The notes under the pieces are model-generated. The model saw only the letters and a program-made list of their open reading frames with translations, was not told the DNA's origin and ran no database searches. From Candidatus Wolframiiraptor sinensis (GTDB lineage Archaea; Thermoproteota; Nitrososphaeria_A; Caldarchaeales; Wolframiiraptoraceae), in contig JALNKA010000016.1 in NCBI GenBank assembly GCA_023261815.1, positions 1 through 20,116 of the forward strand: DNA of 20,116 bases, read 5' to 3'. This document shows positions 1 to 8,993 of this stretch, piece by piece (position 1 is the stretch's first letter; each line of letters begins with the position of its first letter). The position numbers and the translations under genes were made by a program.

Positions 1-105
1 GAGGTTAGGATTGAAAACAGAGCAATAATAGTAATGAAAAATAGTAAAATAGTAATAGTGATAGAAATAGTGATAGACAAGGAGTATGAAATGATGCCTC
101 ACTAA
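1..105 (+). other. 3' end of a short, low-complexity ORF or ORF remnant (EVRIENRAIIVMKNSKIVIVIEIVIDKEYEMMPH*), truncated by the window edge
   Basis: Frame 1 is open from base 1 to TAA at 103-105. It is AT-rich with repeated ATAGT(A/G) units and resembles peptide fragments at 17380-17554. Confidence 0.35.
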
Positions 106-143
106 GAATATTTAAAGCAGCTTGTTGCTTTGTCCACCTTAAG

Positions 144-152
144 TTTTAAATA
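144..152 (+). promoter_or_regulatory. Archaeal TATA box for rpl15e
   Basis: TTTTAAATA ends 25 nt upstream of the ATG at 178, consistent with a leaderless or short-leader mRNA. Confidence 0.55.
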
Positions 153-177
153 TGTCTCGGGAGGCTTTGGTGCGAGA

Positions 178-678
178 ATGGGGCTTTATGGGAAGCTTGA
201 GGAGCTGTGGCGGGAGAAGCCTGAGGAGCTTCGAGCTTTAATGAGGTCAAGGCTGATCAGGTGGCGGAGGGAGCCCGCGGTAGTCAGGGTTAGGAAGCCC
301 CTAAGGCTGGATAGGGCCAGGAAGCTCGGCTACAAGGCGAAGCAGGGATTCATCGTGCTCAGAGTCAGGGTTAGGAGGGGCGGATTCCAGAGACCCAGGC
401 CGAGATCCGGTAGAAGGCCGAAAGCCCTCGGAGTCGTGAAACATAAGGTAAATGTCTCGATGAAGGAAGAAGCGATCCAGCGAGCGAAGAAGAAGTATCC
501 AAACCTCTATCCCCTCGGAGCATACTGGATCGCGGAGGACGGCCTATACAAGTGGTATGAGGTCATAATGGTCGACCCACATCACCCCGCGATACTGGAG
601 GATGATGAGATCCAGCTGCCCGATCCATTATTGAGAAGAGTTAGAAAGAAGTTGGAGAAAAAGGAGCGGAAGAGTTAG
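178..678 (+). CDS. rpl15e: 50S ribosomal protein L15e (eL15)
   Basis: Contains eL15 motifs RLDRARKLGYKAKQGF, RVRVRRGG, GRRPK and EDGLYKWYEVIMVDPHHP. ATG 178 (MGLYGKL) is preferred over TTG 130 because the TATA box lies at 144-152. Confidence 0.97.
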   Translation: MGLYGKLEELWREKPEELRALMRSRLIRWRREPAVVRVRKPLRLDRARKLGYKAKQGFIVLRVRVRRGGFQRPRPRSGRRPKALGVVKHKVNVSMKEEAIQRAKKKYPNLYPLGAYWIAEDGLYKWYEVIMVDPHHPAILEDDEIQLPDPLLRRVRKKLEKKERKS

Positions 679-683
679 AGACG

Positions 684-908
684 TTACTCGACTTTTATTA
701 CTCCAACTGGGCATCCATCCGCGGCGCTCTTCACGTCGTCCAGTAGATTGTTGGGCGCCTCTCCGACGGCCGGATCACCGCCAATCCTATACTTCTCGAC
801 CACCTGGCTCTTCCCATCATCCGGGTTCTGCTCGAAGAACTCTGGAACAAGGGCCCAGCAAGCACCGCAGCCGATGCAGGCATCTCTATCAATGGTCACC
901 CTAGCCAT
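684..908 (-). CDS. Ferredoxin (single Fe-S cluster type)
   Basis: 74 aa with CIGCGAC near the N-terminus and a distal CPVGVI; Fer4_13/15-like layout. Confidence 0.92.
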   Translation of the reverse strand: MARVTIDRDACIGCGACWALVPEFFEQNPDDGKSQVVEKYRIGGDPAVGEAPNNLLDDVKSAADGCPVGVIKVE

Positions 909-1096
909 AATACATCACGATTAATGTGTTATAAAGCAGGAAATAAAGATTCGTTCGACTCAATAATGGGGCCTCGGCGGCATACTTCCAGGAGACCATT
1001 TAGACTCTAAGTTGGCTTGGGATATGAGCGGCTTCGGTTATGTGATTGAGAAAAAGCCTAAATCGCTCCTCTGAAGCTTAATGGCGTCCATAAAGT

Positions 1097-1955
1097 ATGG
1101 AGAAGCACGAGGTAATCCGGAGGATCTTGTTAGCATCAGTCTTTGGTAACGCGGCTATCTGCGTATTGAAGATCTTGGGTGGAGTGATTTCCAGAAGCAC
1201 TGCTTTACTTGCCGATGGCAGCGACTCGCTGCTCAATGTCGCCAGCGGAGCCATAGCGTATAAGTCTAGGATTGAGGCGGAGAAGCCTCCGGATCTTGAG
1301 CACCGGTATGGGCACTCTCTCCTCGAGGTCTACGGATTCCTGCTGATACTCATGTTGATGGTCGCCACATTCTCATTTATCGGATTTCTGGCCATCAACA
1401 GGCTCATGCAGGGAGTGGCGTGGAGCATAGATCCGATAGGCATACCATTTGCGGCCGCCTCCCTAGTGCTCAACACGGTTATGAGCATCCTTCTCAGGCG
1501 GTTTGGGCGCGCTAGCTCCGGTGAGAACGGAGTCGCGCCACATAAGCCTCGACGCGGCTGAGGGCGTTATAACCCTCTCCGGCGTATCGCTGGGAGCACA
1601 TATCTTCGCGCTTTACGATATCGCGGCAACATTCATACTGCTAGCCCTCGTGTCGATCTTCGTCGCCCAAACGCTCCGCGAATTGAAGGCCGATCTCACC
1701 GCCGAAAGCCCGCCGGAGGAAGTTGTCAAGATTATTGAAAACGCGCTCGTCAGCGTGGAAGGGGTGAAGTGAGTTCACGATCTCCGCATCAGGCAAGCTG
1801 GCGCCAAGATCTTCGCCGACGTGCACCTCGAAGTTGATAAGAGTCTTAGAGTGGATGAGGCGCATAGAATATGCGATGAGGCGGAGGATCTAGTGAAGAA
1901 GAAGCTAAGAGATGTTGACCTCATCATCCACATCGAGCCCGAAGGCGAAGAATAA
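1097..1955 (+). pseudogene. Cation diffusion facilitator (CDF/FieF-like) transporter, disrupted by a frameshift near 1510-1520 and an in-frame TGA at 1770-1772
   Basis: The N-terminal part has STALLADGSDS and KPPDLEHRYGH. The second frame has RTESRHISLD. Past the TGA the frame continues VHDLRIRQAGAKIFADVHLEVD...EAHRICDE...IIHIEP to TAA at 1953-1955 (CDF C-terminal dimerisation domain). Confidence 0.85.
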
Positions 1956-2116
1956 CCACAGCCCTCTATCATTTACTCATGCGCCATGAGAGGATCTGGA
2001 GAAATGCTATCGGAAGCCAGCTAGCGAAAGATCACCTAAGGCATCGGATCTTCTTTCCGCCTCGACTTTTGAACCATTATATTTGGGCTTAGAGCTTCTC
2101 GATCGTGGTCTTCGGG

Positions 2117-3328
2117 ATGGAGCTAGCCGGTATCGTGGGCAAGCCCAATGCGGGGAAGAGTACGCTATTCGCAGCCATGACGCTAGCGCCGGTCGAGATC
2201 GCGAACTACCCATTCACGACGATAAAGCCGAATCGCGGAGTAAGCTATCTCAGGATAAACTGCGTCTGCAAGGAGCTCGGGGTCAAGGATAACCCGAGAA
2301 ATAGCAGGTGCGTTGATGGAATCAGATTCATTCCCGTGGAGGTTATCGACTGCCCCGGGATAATAAGGGGCGCTCACGTTGGGAGGGGGCTAGGGCTCCA
2401 GTTCCTCGATGAAATCAGGCAGGCCTCGGCGCTAATCGTTGTCGCGGACGCATCGATGTCAACGGACTCCGATGGCAACCCCGTTAAGCCCGGCGTGGGA
2501 AATCCGATCGAGGACGTCAGGATAGTTGAGGAGGAACTCGATTACTGGATCTACGGCCTCCTATCCGAGGATTGGAAGAGGATATGCAGGGTCGTTGAGA
2601 GCAGAGTTTCGAAGCTTGTGGAGGAGCTCTCGAAAAAGCTGTCGGGCCTGAGGATCACCGGGAAGATCTTGGACGAGACTATAGACGAGCTTGGCCTAGA
2701 CGAGTCCAGGCCCTCCAAGTGGAGCGAGAGCCAACTCCTCTCCTTCGTCAGGAGGCTTAGGGAGAAGAGCAAGCCAATAATCGTCGCGGCGAACAAGATC
2801 GATATCCCGGAGGCCGAGGAGGGCGTGAGGATGCTGAGAGAGGCGGGATACACGGTCGTGCCCGTGAGCGCTGAGGCGGAGAGAATACTGAGAATGGCCG
2901 CTGAGAAGGGGCTGATAAAATACCTCCCCGGAGACAGCGGCTTCGAGATGATAGATGAAGGAAAGCTCACGGCAAACCAGAAGAAAGCCCTGAAGCTAAT
3001 CGAGGAGAGGGTTCTGGAGAAGTGGGGATCAACAGGAGTTCAGGAGATCGTGAACAAAGCCTACTTCGAGGTTCTGAGATACATCCCGGTCTACCCCGTG
3101 GAGGATCCCGAGAAGCTGACGGATAAAGATGGAAATGTGCTCCCGGATGTCTACATACTCCCGAGCGGCTCCACGCCAAGAGACCTCGCATACGCCGTGC
3201 ACACGGACCTCGGGAAGACATTTCTCTACGCCATCGATGCCAGGAGAAAGATCAGGATCGGTGAGAACTACGAGCTGAAATGGGGAGATGTCATCTCGAT
3301 AGTCGCGGCGGCGAGAAGGTCATCATAA
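2117..3328 (+). CDS. ychF: Translation-associated GTPase/ATPase, archaeal YchF/OBG-family with a C-terminal TGS domain
   Basis: Contains GKPNAGKST (G1), ANYPFTTI (G2), DCPG (G3), GRGLGLQFLD, ANKID (G4) and the TGS-like DLAYAVHTDLGKTFLYAIDAR. ATG 2117 is preferred; GTG 2105 is possible. Confidence 0.92.
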   Translation: MELAGIVGKPNAGKSTLFAAMTLAPVEIANYPFTTIKPNRGVSYLRINCVCKELGVKDNPRNSRCVDGIRFIPVEVIDCPGIIRGAHVGRGLGLQFLDEIRQASALIVVADASMSTDSDGNPVKPGVGNPIEDVRIVEEELDYWIYGLLSEDWKRICRVVESRVSKLVEELSKKLSGLRITGKILDETIDELGLDESRPSKWSESQLLSFVRRLREKSKPIIVAANKIDIPEAEEGVRMLREAGYTVVPVSAEAERILRMAAEKGLIKYLPGDSGFEMIDEGKLTANQKKALKLIEERVLEKWGSTGVQEIVNKAYFEVLRYIPVYPVEDPEKLTDKDGNVLPDVYILPSGSTPRDLAYAVHTDLGKTFLYAIDARRKIRIGENYELKWGDVISIVAAARRSS

Positions 3329-3371
3329 ACCGTCAAAAAGCTTATCTCAAGAAAAAGCTCACTATGCTACT

Positions 3372-4025
3372 ATGCCCAATTCGAGCTCCGCCGATAATCT
3401 CCCCGTAAACCTCGTCAAGAAGATATTCAGGAAAGTTTTCGCGGAGCTTCTCGGAGAAAGCTCGCTCAGCATCATGGAGCTCCGATTAAGGAGGGTTTTC
3501 GGCGAAGATCCCTACAGCATGTTATGCAGGGACCCGGCGAGATTCTCCTCGGAGTTAAAGAACATCATCGGCAGCGATGCAGATAATCTATTGAGAATAG
3601 CCGCCGGCAGGCTCGCCGACGACTACGCGCTCAGGAGCCTTAGCCTTAACGCGCGCACATACTCGAAGAAAGATGATGAGGCTTTCCTCGACCTGCTCTT
3701 TGAGGCGGCGCGAAAGGCTGTGGAGAGAATTGCGCCCGGAGCGATATGCTTAGCGCCCTATGATGCCGAGATAATCCTCAAGCTCTTAGAGCTCGCAAAA
3801 GCCGCCGGCGGAGTAGATGAGCGGATCAGCGGGGGCGCGGGCTGGGCGGCTAAGATAAAATCAATCATAATACTCGGGATAAGATGCGATGATGAGATAA
3901 TCCCGGTAGCGCTTTACTCGAGAAGATATGCGAGGCTCGATGCCATCGCGAGAAGATGGCTCGAGGAGACATCACTAATACTCAGAGAAGCGATTAACGA
4001 GCTGGAAACGAGCTCACAGCATTAA
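3372..4025 (+). CDS. Hypothetical protein; N-terminus weakly resembles small archaeal DUF3227/NitrOD5-like helical domains
   Basis: 217-aa ORF with a normal codon style. The segment VFAELLGESSLSIMELRL...DPARFSSELKNIIG is reminiscent of that family; the assignment is tentative. Confidence 0.6.
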   Translation: MPNSSSADNLPVNLVKKIFRKVFAELLGESSLSIMELRLRRVFGEDPYSMLCRDPARFSSELKNIIGSDADNLLRIAAGRLADDYALRSLSLNARTYSKKDDEAFLDLLFEAARKAVERIAPGAICLAPYDAEIILKLLELAKAAGGVDERISGGAGWAAKIKSIIILGIRCDDEIIPVALYSRRYARLDAIARRWLEETSLILREAINELETSSQH

Positions 4026-4113
4026 TTTCATCAATTTTCCTGAAGTTCAACCCAAAAACCTTGAAAGGGCATCCAAATCCGAAGCCAAATAAAAGGTGGG
4101 CGCGGTCTATGGC

Positions 4114-4524
4114 TCATTGCTCTGTTTTCTCCAACTTTGACTCTAAAAGCCGCATTATCTCCTCAAGCTTCGTGAGCCCCACGTTATAGAGACCTGAATC
4201 GCTTCTCGTGATTAGCCCTCTTTCGAGAAGCTCGCTTAAGAGAGCTCTGGTGTAGTTTTCCGCGAATCCCAGGGCATCGGATAGCTCCTTAATCGATGCA
4301 TTCGGAGAGTCCGCCAACTCGGCCAAGTTTGCTAGCCGCTTTCCAAGCAGATAGATGAGGATGTGGTATATTCTTGGAAGCTTGCTCGCGTCTGCCATGA
4401 AGATTATTTTGCCCTCTTTAGTGAAGCCTATGAACTGCTTAACCCTGGGCAAAATCCTCCTGACGATCTCTTGCTCATCAACTGTCAGCTCTTCCTTTAT
4501 CAAATCTTTTAACGGCTTTTCCAT
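4114..4524 (-). CDS. Winged helix-turn-helix domain protein
   Basis: C-terminal SIKELSDALGFAENYTRALLSELLERGLITRSDSGLYNV has a wHTH pattern. The likely start is ATG 4524 (MEKPLKDL), with an AT-rich promoter-like stretch upstream. Confidence 0.75.
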   Translation of the reverse strand: MEKPLKDLIKEELTVDEQEIVRRILPRVKQFIGFTKEGKIIFMADASKLPRIYHILIYLLGKRLANLAELADSPNASIKELSDALGFAENYTRALLSELLERGLITRSDSGLYNVGLTKLEEIMRLLESKLEKTEQ

Positions 4525-4584
4525 GCTATTTCGGAGAAGAGCAAAATTATTTTTAGGGTTTTTGCTCAATTACGGGGCGCTGGA

Positions 4585-4944
4585 TTATCCTTCCACCCCT
4601 CCTCCAAGGTATTTCGTCGAGTAGTATCCCCATTCCCTCTTCTTCCCGAAGCTTCTTACGCCGTGCTCCCTGACCTGCTTCCTGAGCTTTTCCGCCTGCT
4701 CGGCGGAGACCTCCCCCCTCCTCTCTAGGTAGTCTATTACTTCTATGGCCTCATCGTCATTATCGCATCTTCTCAGGTAGTCTATTGGCGTCGGCATCGC
4801 GGGCTCTCTCGGCCTCGAAGCCTCCTCCTCAGCCTCCTCCTCATCGAGCCTGATGGCGTCCATCGAGATGCTCATCTTCCTGAGCTCCATCTCGCGATAA
4901 AGGTTTGGAAATAACTTCCTGAAGCTCTCCTTATCTATTTCCAT
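4585..4944 (-). CDS. DUF2095 family protein
   Basis: FRKLFPNLYREME...PTPIDYLRRCDNDDEAIEVIDYLERRGE...GVRSFGKKREWGYY matches the archaeal DUF2095 pattern as I recall it. Confidence 0.8.
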   Translation of the reverse strand: MEIDKESFRKLFPNLYREMELRKMSISMDAIRLDEEEAEEEASRPREPAMPTPIDYLRRCDNDDEAIEVIDYLERRGEVSAEQAEKLRKQVREHGVRSFGKKREWGYYSTKYLGGGVEG

Positions 4945-5597
4945 CTTTCATCTTCCCCCGGTTCAGGTATGTGGAGTGCATGCGGTCTCGTCTCCAGCAC
5001 CTCTCTCAACTCCAGAAGGTTTAAGCCTTTCTTGGGGTCTCCGTATATATCGCATATCGGCGGCCTCATATACCACTCGTGCTCCTTCAATATGATCTCG
5101 GCCCTGCCTCCGGCCATGGTCTCGATCTTTATCCTCCATAGGCTCCCGCATCTCAGCGGCTCGGAGACATTGACCGGCCCCTCCTCGAGAATTCTGTAGC
5201 CCTCCTCGAGTAACCTCTTCTTCACAGGCTCCGGGTCGATGAAGTCCAGCTCGATGTCTATATCGCTACCCGGCTTTATTACTCCTCTCCAGACGCTTCC
5301 AACGAGCCTGGGCTTGAAGCGTGATAGGGCGGTCATTATGCGGAGAGCCTCCTCCCTAAGCGCCCTCAGCCTCCTCCAGTAATTATCGCCTTCGACCAGC
5401 ATAGCATATTCCAAAAGCTTTATCGCGATCTCCCGGTTGCTGGGGAGAGCATTGACGCCGAGCTTCTGAGCGGCCACCCTCTTGGCCTCAATATACTCCT
5501 TACATGCTCCATGATAGAGTAGTTTTGCGGCTTCTAGGGCTACCTCATCCCTAACCCGCTGGAGCCTCCGCCTCCGCTCCCGCGCTCTCGGCCTCAA
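4935..5597 (-). CDS. Nucleotidyltransferase-domain protein (Pol beta superfamily)
   Basis: Has the LVGSVWRG...SDIDIE catalytic motif and an N-terminal VALEAAKLLY...EYIEAKRVAAQKLG...LPSNREI helical region. The start position is uncertain. Confidence 0.8.
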   Translation of the reverse strand: MRPRARERRRRLQRVRDEVALEAAKLLYHGACKEYIEAKRVAAQKLGVNALPSNREIAIKLLEYAMLVEGDNYWRRLRALREEALRIMTALSRFKPRLVGSVWRGVIKPGSDIDIELDFIDPEPVKKRLLEEGYRILEEGPVNVSEPLRCGSLWRIKIETMAGGRAEIILKEHEWYMRPPICDIYGDPKKGLNLLELREVLETRPHALHIPEPGEDERWK

Positions 5598-6216
5598 TCT
5601 CCCTAACCGGTGGCGCCTCCCCGCTATAAACCCAGTCCGGTATCTTCAGGACCTTGCTTTTTATTATGCCGACGTGCCTGAGGGCTGTTATCTTCTTCGC
5701 CTCCTGATATATGTCGGAGGCCGTCTTGCCCAGGACCATCTCCTGCGAGAACTGGGATAGAGCAAGCTCCTGGGAGGATCGCTCCAAAATCTCTCTCATT
5801 ATGCGCCTTATGGATTTGGCCTTCCACGAGTGGCTTCCGATCCTGTTATAAGTGAAAGCCGTTGACTGAACCCTCAGATGGAATCCATCCTTGGTCACCA
5901 GGTTAGTTATCATATCTATTCTGCTCGTGCCTCTTCTGACGAGACTTCTCAGGAACTCTCGCCCATATTCGTGGCCGTAGAAGATCGTCTCCGCAGCCCC
6001 ATCCTTCACCCTAACAATCTTGAATCTTAGCAGGAGGAATTGATGAGAGAAATCGCCCGTCAACGTATAGAGGCTGACCCAGAGAGTCCTCCCGATAACC
6101 TGCTCCGGCTCATACGTCCAGGTCGTCCCGATCTCCTTGTAACCGAAATACTCCGGCGAGTAGATTGTGTAGATCATCTTCGGAGGCTTCTTCTCCGCCT
6201 TCGCCTTACTCGACAT
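5551..6216 (-). CDS. rps3ae: 30S ribosomal protein S3Ae (eS1)
   Basis: Contains IGRTLWVSLYTLTGD, FYGHEYGREFLRSLVRRGTSRID, TKDG and RHVGIIKSKVLK. Confidence 0.96.
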   Translation of the reverse strand: MSSKAKAEKKPPKMIYTIYSPEYFGYKEIGTTWTYEPEQVIGRTLWVSLYTLTGDFSHQFLLLRFKIVRVKDGAAETIFYGHEYGREFLRSLVRRGTSRIDMITNLVTKDGFHLRVQSTAFTYNRIGSHSWKAKSIRRIMREILERSSQELALSQFSQEMVLGKTASDIYQEAKKITALRHVGIIKSKVLKIPDWVYSGEAPPVREIEAESAGAEAEAPAG

Positions 6217-6318
6217 TCTAGAGCCCCGAGGGCCGTGGGGATAATAAGAATATTTCCTTGTGGGGGCTGGGGCTCTAGGACGCGGCCGCCTAAAGCCGGG
6301 CTTCCGGCGCGCTGAATC

Positions 6319-7076
6319 CTACTCTCGCCCTATCCACACGTCATGAAATCCTTTAGCCATCGCCAGGTATGAGATGAGCCACAGGATCTCCAGCGGATGC
6401 CCTTCCCATATCAGCCCAAGGAGGTCATAATAGTAGTAGAAGATATCCACGATGCCGAGGAGCGCGAACCCTATTAAGATGTATAGCCATCCCCGCGCGA
6501 GCCTTCCGCCCCAGAAGACCATGAAGGCTATTACCGCGAGCGCCACGAGGATCGCGTCGAGCATGGGATATGTCACGGCCAACGCGGCTTCGATTGTGTT
6601 GCCGGATCGAGTTAGCGCCTCAGGCACAACTATGAATGACACCGCGGCCAGAATGAGCAAGCCGCTCGCCATGGAGGGTATCTTGATCATCCGCTCCGAG
6701 AAAACCCACCCGAAGATTCTCATGAATAGCGCGAAGGCCGTGAATAATGGAGCGTATCCGATGATGTAGAAGATGTCGGCCGAGGATGGGAAGGGAATCT
6801 CGATACCGTAAATAAGAACATAGATCGACCAAACTATCTCTCCGATGCACCACATCAGCAGCCCAAGCGCGAGGAAGAAGAATACGATTCCGAGAAGGCT
6901 CCTAAGACCATACTTTCGGGCGACATGAAAGCCGAAGATCGCCGATACGAGGGCATAAACCGGAAACAATATGTTTGACGAGAATGCTATGAAGGGCTTA
7001 TCCCATAATCCATAAATATAGAAAGCTCCTGAGAGGGCCGCGAGAAAATCAGCAGCGCATCAACAGCTCTGCTCAT
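6319..7076 (-). pseudogene. Polytopic membrane protein resembling the N-terminal membrane sensor region of kinases/cyclases; 1-nt frameshift near the 5' end (or a shorter CDS from TTG 6969)
   Basis: Hydrophobic, with WCIGEIVW...PFPSSADIFYIIGY and YPMLD. ATG 7076 (MSRAVDALLIF) joins the main frame (LAALSGAFYIYG...) only if one base is added at the T4 run (7045-7048). Confidence 0.6.
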
Positions 7077-7198
7077 GACCGCTTTTCGGGAGCAATTCCG
7101 GGATATAAGGCTATACTATTCGATGAAAAGCCGCGATAGCTCTCGTCGCTTAGAATTTGGGGAAACTGGTTTTATATCGTAAAACTTTAATCAAAGCG

Positions 7199-8233
7199 AT
7201 GCGTTTCGTTCGCCGGATGAGCCCTCATCGAGCATATGGCGCGACGCTACTATTCTTAGCGCTATTATTCGCGACCTTAATTGGCCATCTCTCGGCGCAG
7301 GAGAGCGGGAAGACGCTGGTGGTCGTCACGGGCGAGGTTTTAGCCAGAGTCGTAAAAGAAGTAGGCGGAGAATACGTCGAGGTGAGGAATATTCTTCCGC
7401 CCGGCGTTGATCCGCACAGCTATGAGCCCAGCGCCCAGGAGCTCTTATCACTTGTTAGCGGCGCATCTTTGATAGTGGTGACCGGGCCGAATCATTATCC
7501 CGTGGAAGAGAAGATTGAGCAGCTTTCCGAGGAGGGGCTTATCAGGGCCCGGGTTCTAGACTATAAGGATTATCAGAGGGAGGGGCTGAGACTCCTCGAG
7601 ATCGATGGAGGCTTGAACCCGCATGGATACTTCTATTCGCTGAGCGGCCTTAGAGCAATCGCTAAGGCGTGCGCTGGGGAGCTTTCGAGACTTATGCCAG
7701 ATAAGTCCGAATATTTCGAACAAAGGCTAAGCACTTATCTCGAGAGGCTCGCACTCGCCAGCGAGGCCGTTAAGCAGATGAACGTGGCCGGAGTAAGAGT
7801 AGCTCTAGTGGATCCCGTTCTCCAGTATGTTGCCCAGGATATTGGGCTCGAGGTTGAGGGTGTACTTATACCCGTTCACGGCGTCGAGCCCTCGCCGGAG
7901 GAAGTTGCTAGGATCGTGAGGCTAGCTCGAGAAGGTAAAATCCCGCTCGTGCTCTTAAGCGATATAGGCCTTGGGGAGGCCTACGCGATAATGTCCTCGC
8001 TGGAGGAGAATGATGTGCCATATGTTCTCATCCCGCTTCTCGACTTCTCGGATAAACCAGAGCTCGCGCCGGTCTACGCGGCTTCCATCATAAAGGATAG
8101 GCTCCGGTCTGGGGCCGGCGTGAGAAGCGCGAGCAGCTTATCGGAGGTCCTTCTCGCTCCATCGCTCGCGGCTAACGGCGTGCTGGTGCTAATCACATTG
8201 CTCCTCATCATGAAGGTGAGGCGGCATGGCTGA
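7199..8233 (+). CDS. Zn/Mn ABC transporter substrate-binding protein (ZnuA/TroA family) with a C-terminal membrane anchor
   Basis: Signal-peptide-like N-terminus, ILPPGVDPHSYEPS, NPHGY, EPSPEEV and a hydrophobic C-terminus. TATA-like TTTTATAT at about 7170-7177 favours ATG 7199 (or 7217) over TTG 7157. Confidence 0.88.
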   Translation: MRFVRRMSPHRAYGATLLFLALLFATLIGHLSAQESGKTLVVVTGEVLARVVKEVGGEYVEVRNILPPGVDPHSYEPSAQELLSLVSGASLIVVTGPNHYPVEEKIEQLSEEGLIRARVLDYKDYQREGLRLLEIDGGLNPHGYFYSLSGLRAIAKACAGELSRLMPDKSEYFEQRLSTYLERLALASEAVKQMNVAGVRVALVDPVLQYVAQDIGLEVEGVLIPVHGVEPSPEEVARIVRLAREGKIPLVLLSDIGLGEAYAIMSSLEENDVPYVLIPLLDFSDKPELAPVYAASIIKDRLRSGAGVRSASSLSEVLLAPSLAANGVLVLITLLLIMKVRRHG

Positions 8234-8987
8234 GATCGAGCTTAAAAATGTCTCATATTCGTTCGGCGATAGGGTTGCGCTTGAGGACGTCTCATTCGAG
8301 CTCAACTCGCCGTTCTTCTGCGCGGTTATGGGGCCGAATGGCGCTGGAAAAAGCACTCTGCTGAAGCTGATGCTCGGCTTGCTTAAGCACCAGAGCGGCA
8401 TCATAAGGATCATGGGATATGATGTTCCGAGGGAGGCCGGCAAGGTTAGAAGGCTGATAGGCTACGTCCCTCAGGTCATCGACATTGATTACAGAGTACC
8501 CATGAGCGTCGAGGAGGTGGTTGCCATGGCCGCGCTATCGAGAGATCTACCACCGAGGATCATGACGGGGAATGTGAGGCGAAAGGTGCGCGAGGTTCTC
8601 GAGCTCGTCGAGCTGGATGATCCATCCATGCAGTTCTCCGAGCTGAGCGGGGGGCAGAGGCAGAGAGCCCTGATCGCCAGGGCGCTCGTGAGCGATCCAA
8701 GAATCCTACTACTCGATGAGCCATACTCGATGCTGGACTTCAACATGAAGTGCGAGATAGCGGAGCTGCTTTACAGGCTGCACAAGGATAAGGGGATAGA
8801 CATCTTCCTCGTGGCGCACGAGCTCAGCCCATGCATCCACCTCGAGCCGATCGTGATATTACTGAACAAGCGCGTCTACGCTATTGGGAGAGCCGGCGAG
8901 GTCCTGACGCTGGAGAATCTCAGGAGAGCTTATCCCGGCTTAACCGAGGTCCCAGCCGGATTCATACTGGGCGAGGATCATGGGTGA
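8226..8987 (+). CDS. Zn/Mn ABC transporter ATP-binding protein (ZnuC-like)
   Basis: Walker A GPNGAGKST, IGYVPQ, signature LSGGQRQR, Walker B LLLDEP and H-loop VAHE. Confidence 0.93.
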   Translation: MAEIELKNVSYSFGDRVALEDVSFELNSPFFCAVMGPNGAGKSTLLKLMLGLLKHQSGIIRIMGYDVPREAGKVRRLIGYVPQVIDIDYRVPMSVEEVVAMAALSRDLPPRIMTGNVRRKVREVLELVELDDPSMQFSELSGGQRQRALIARALVSDPRILLLDEPYSMLDFNMKCEIAELLYRLHKDKGIDIFLVAHELSPCIHLEPIVILLNKRVYAIGRAGEVLTLENLRRAYPGLTEVPAGFILGEDHG

Positions 8988-8993
8988 GGCACG

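Noticed and set aside
1500-1530. BHB intron as the explanation of the CDF frameshift
   Set aside because: There is no BHB and no surplus sequence; the segment is already short relative to typical CDF proteins, implying a small deletion.
6218-6278. BHB motif in the hairpin upstream of rps3ae
   Set aside because: On the plus strand the 3-nt bulges lie 5' of the helix strands (inverted geometry); on the minus strand the helix and inner stem contain mismatches.
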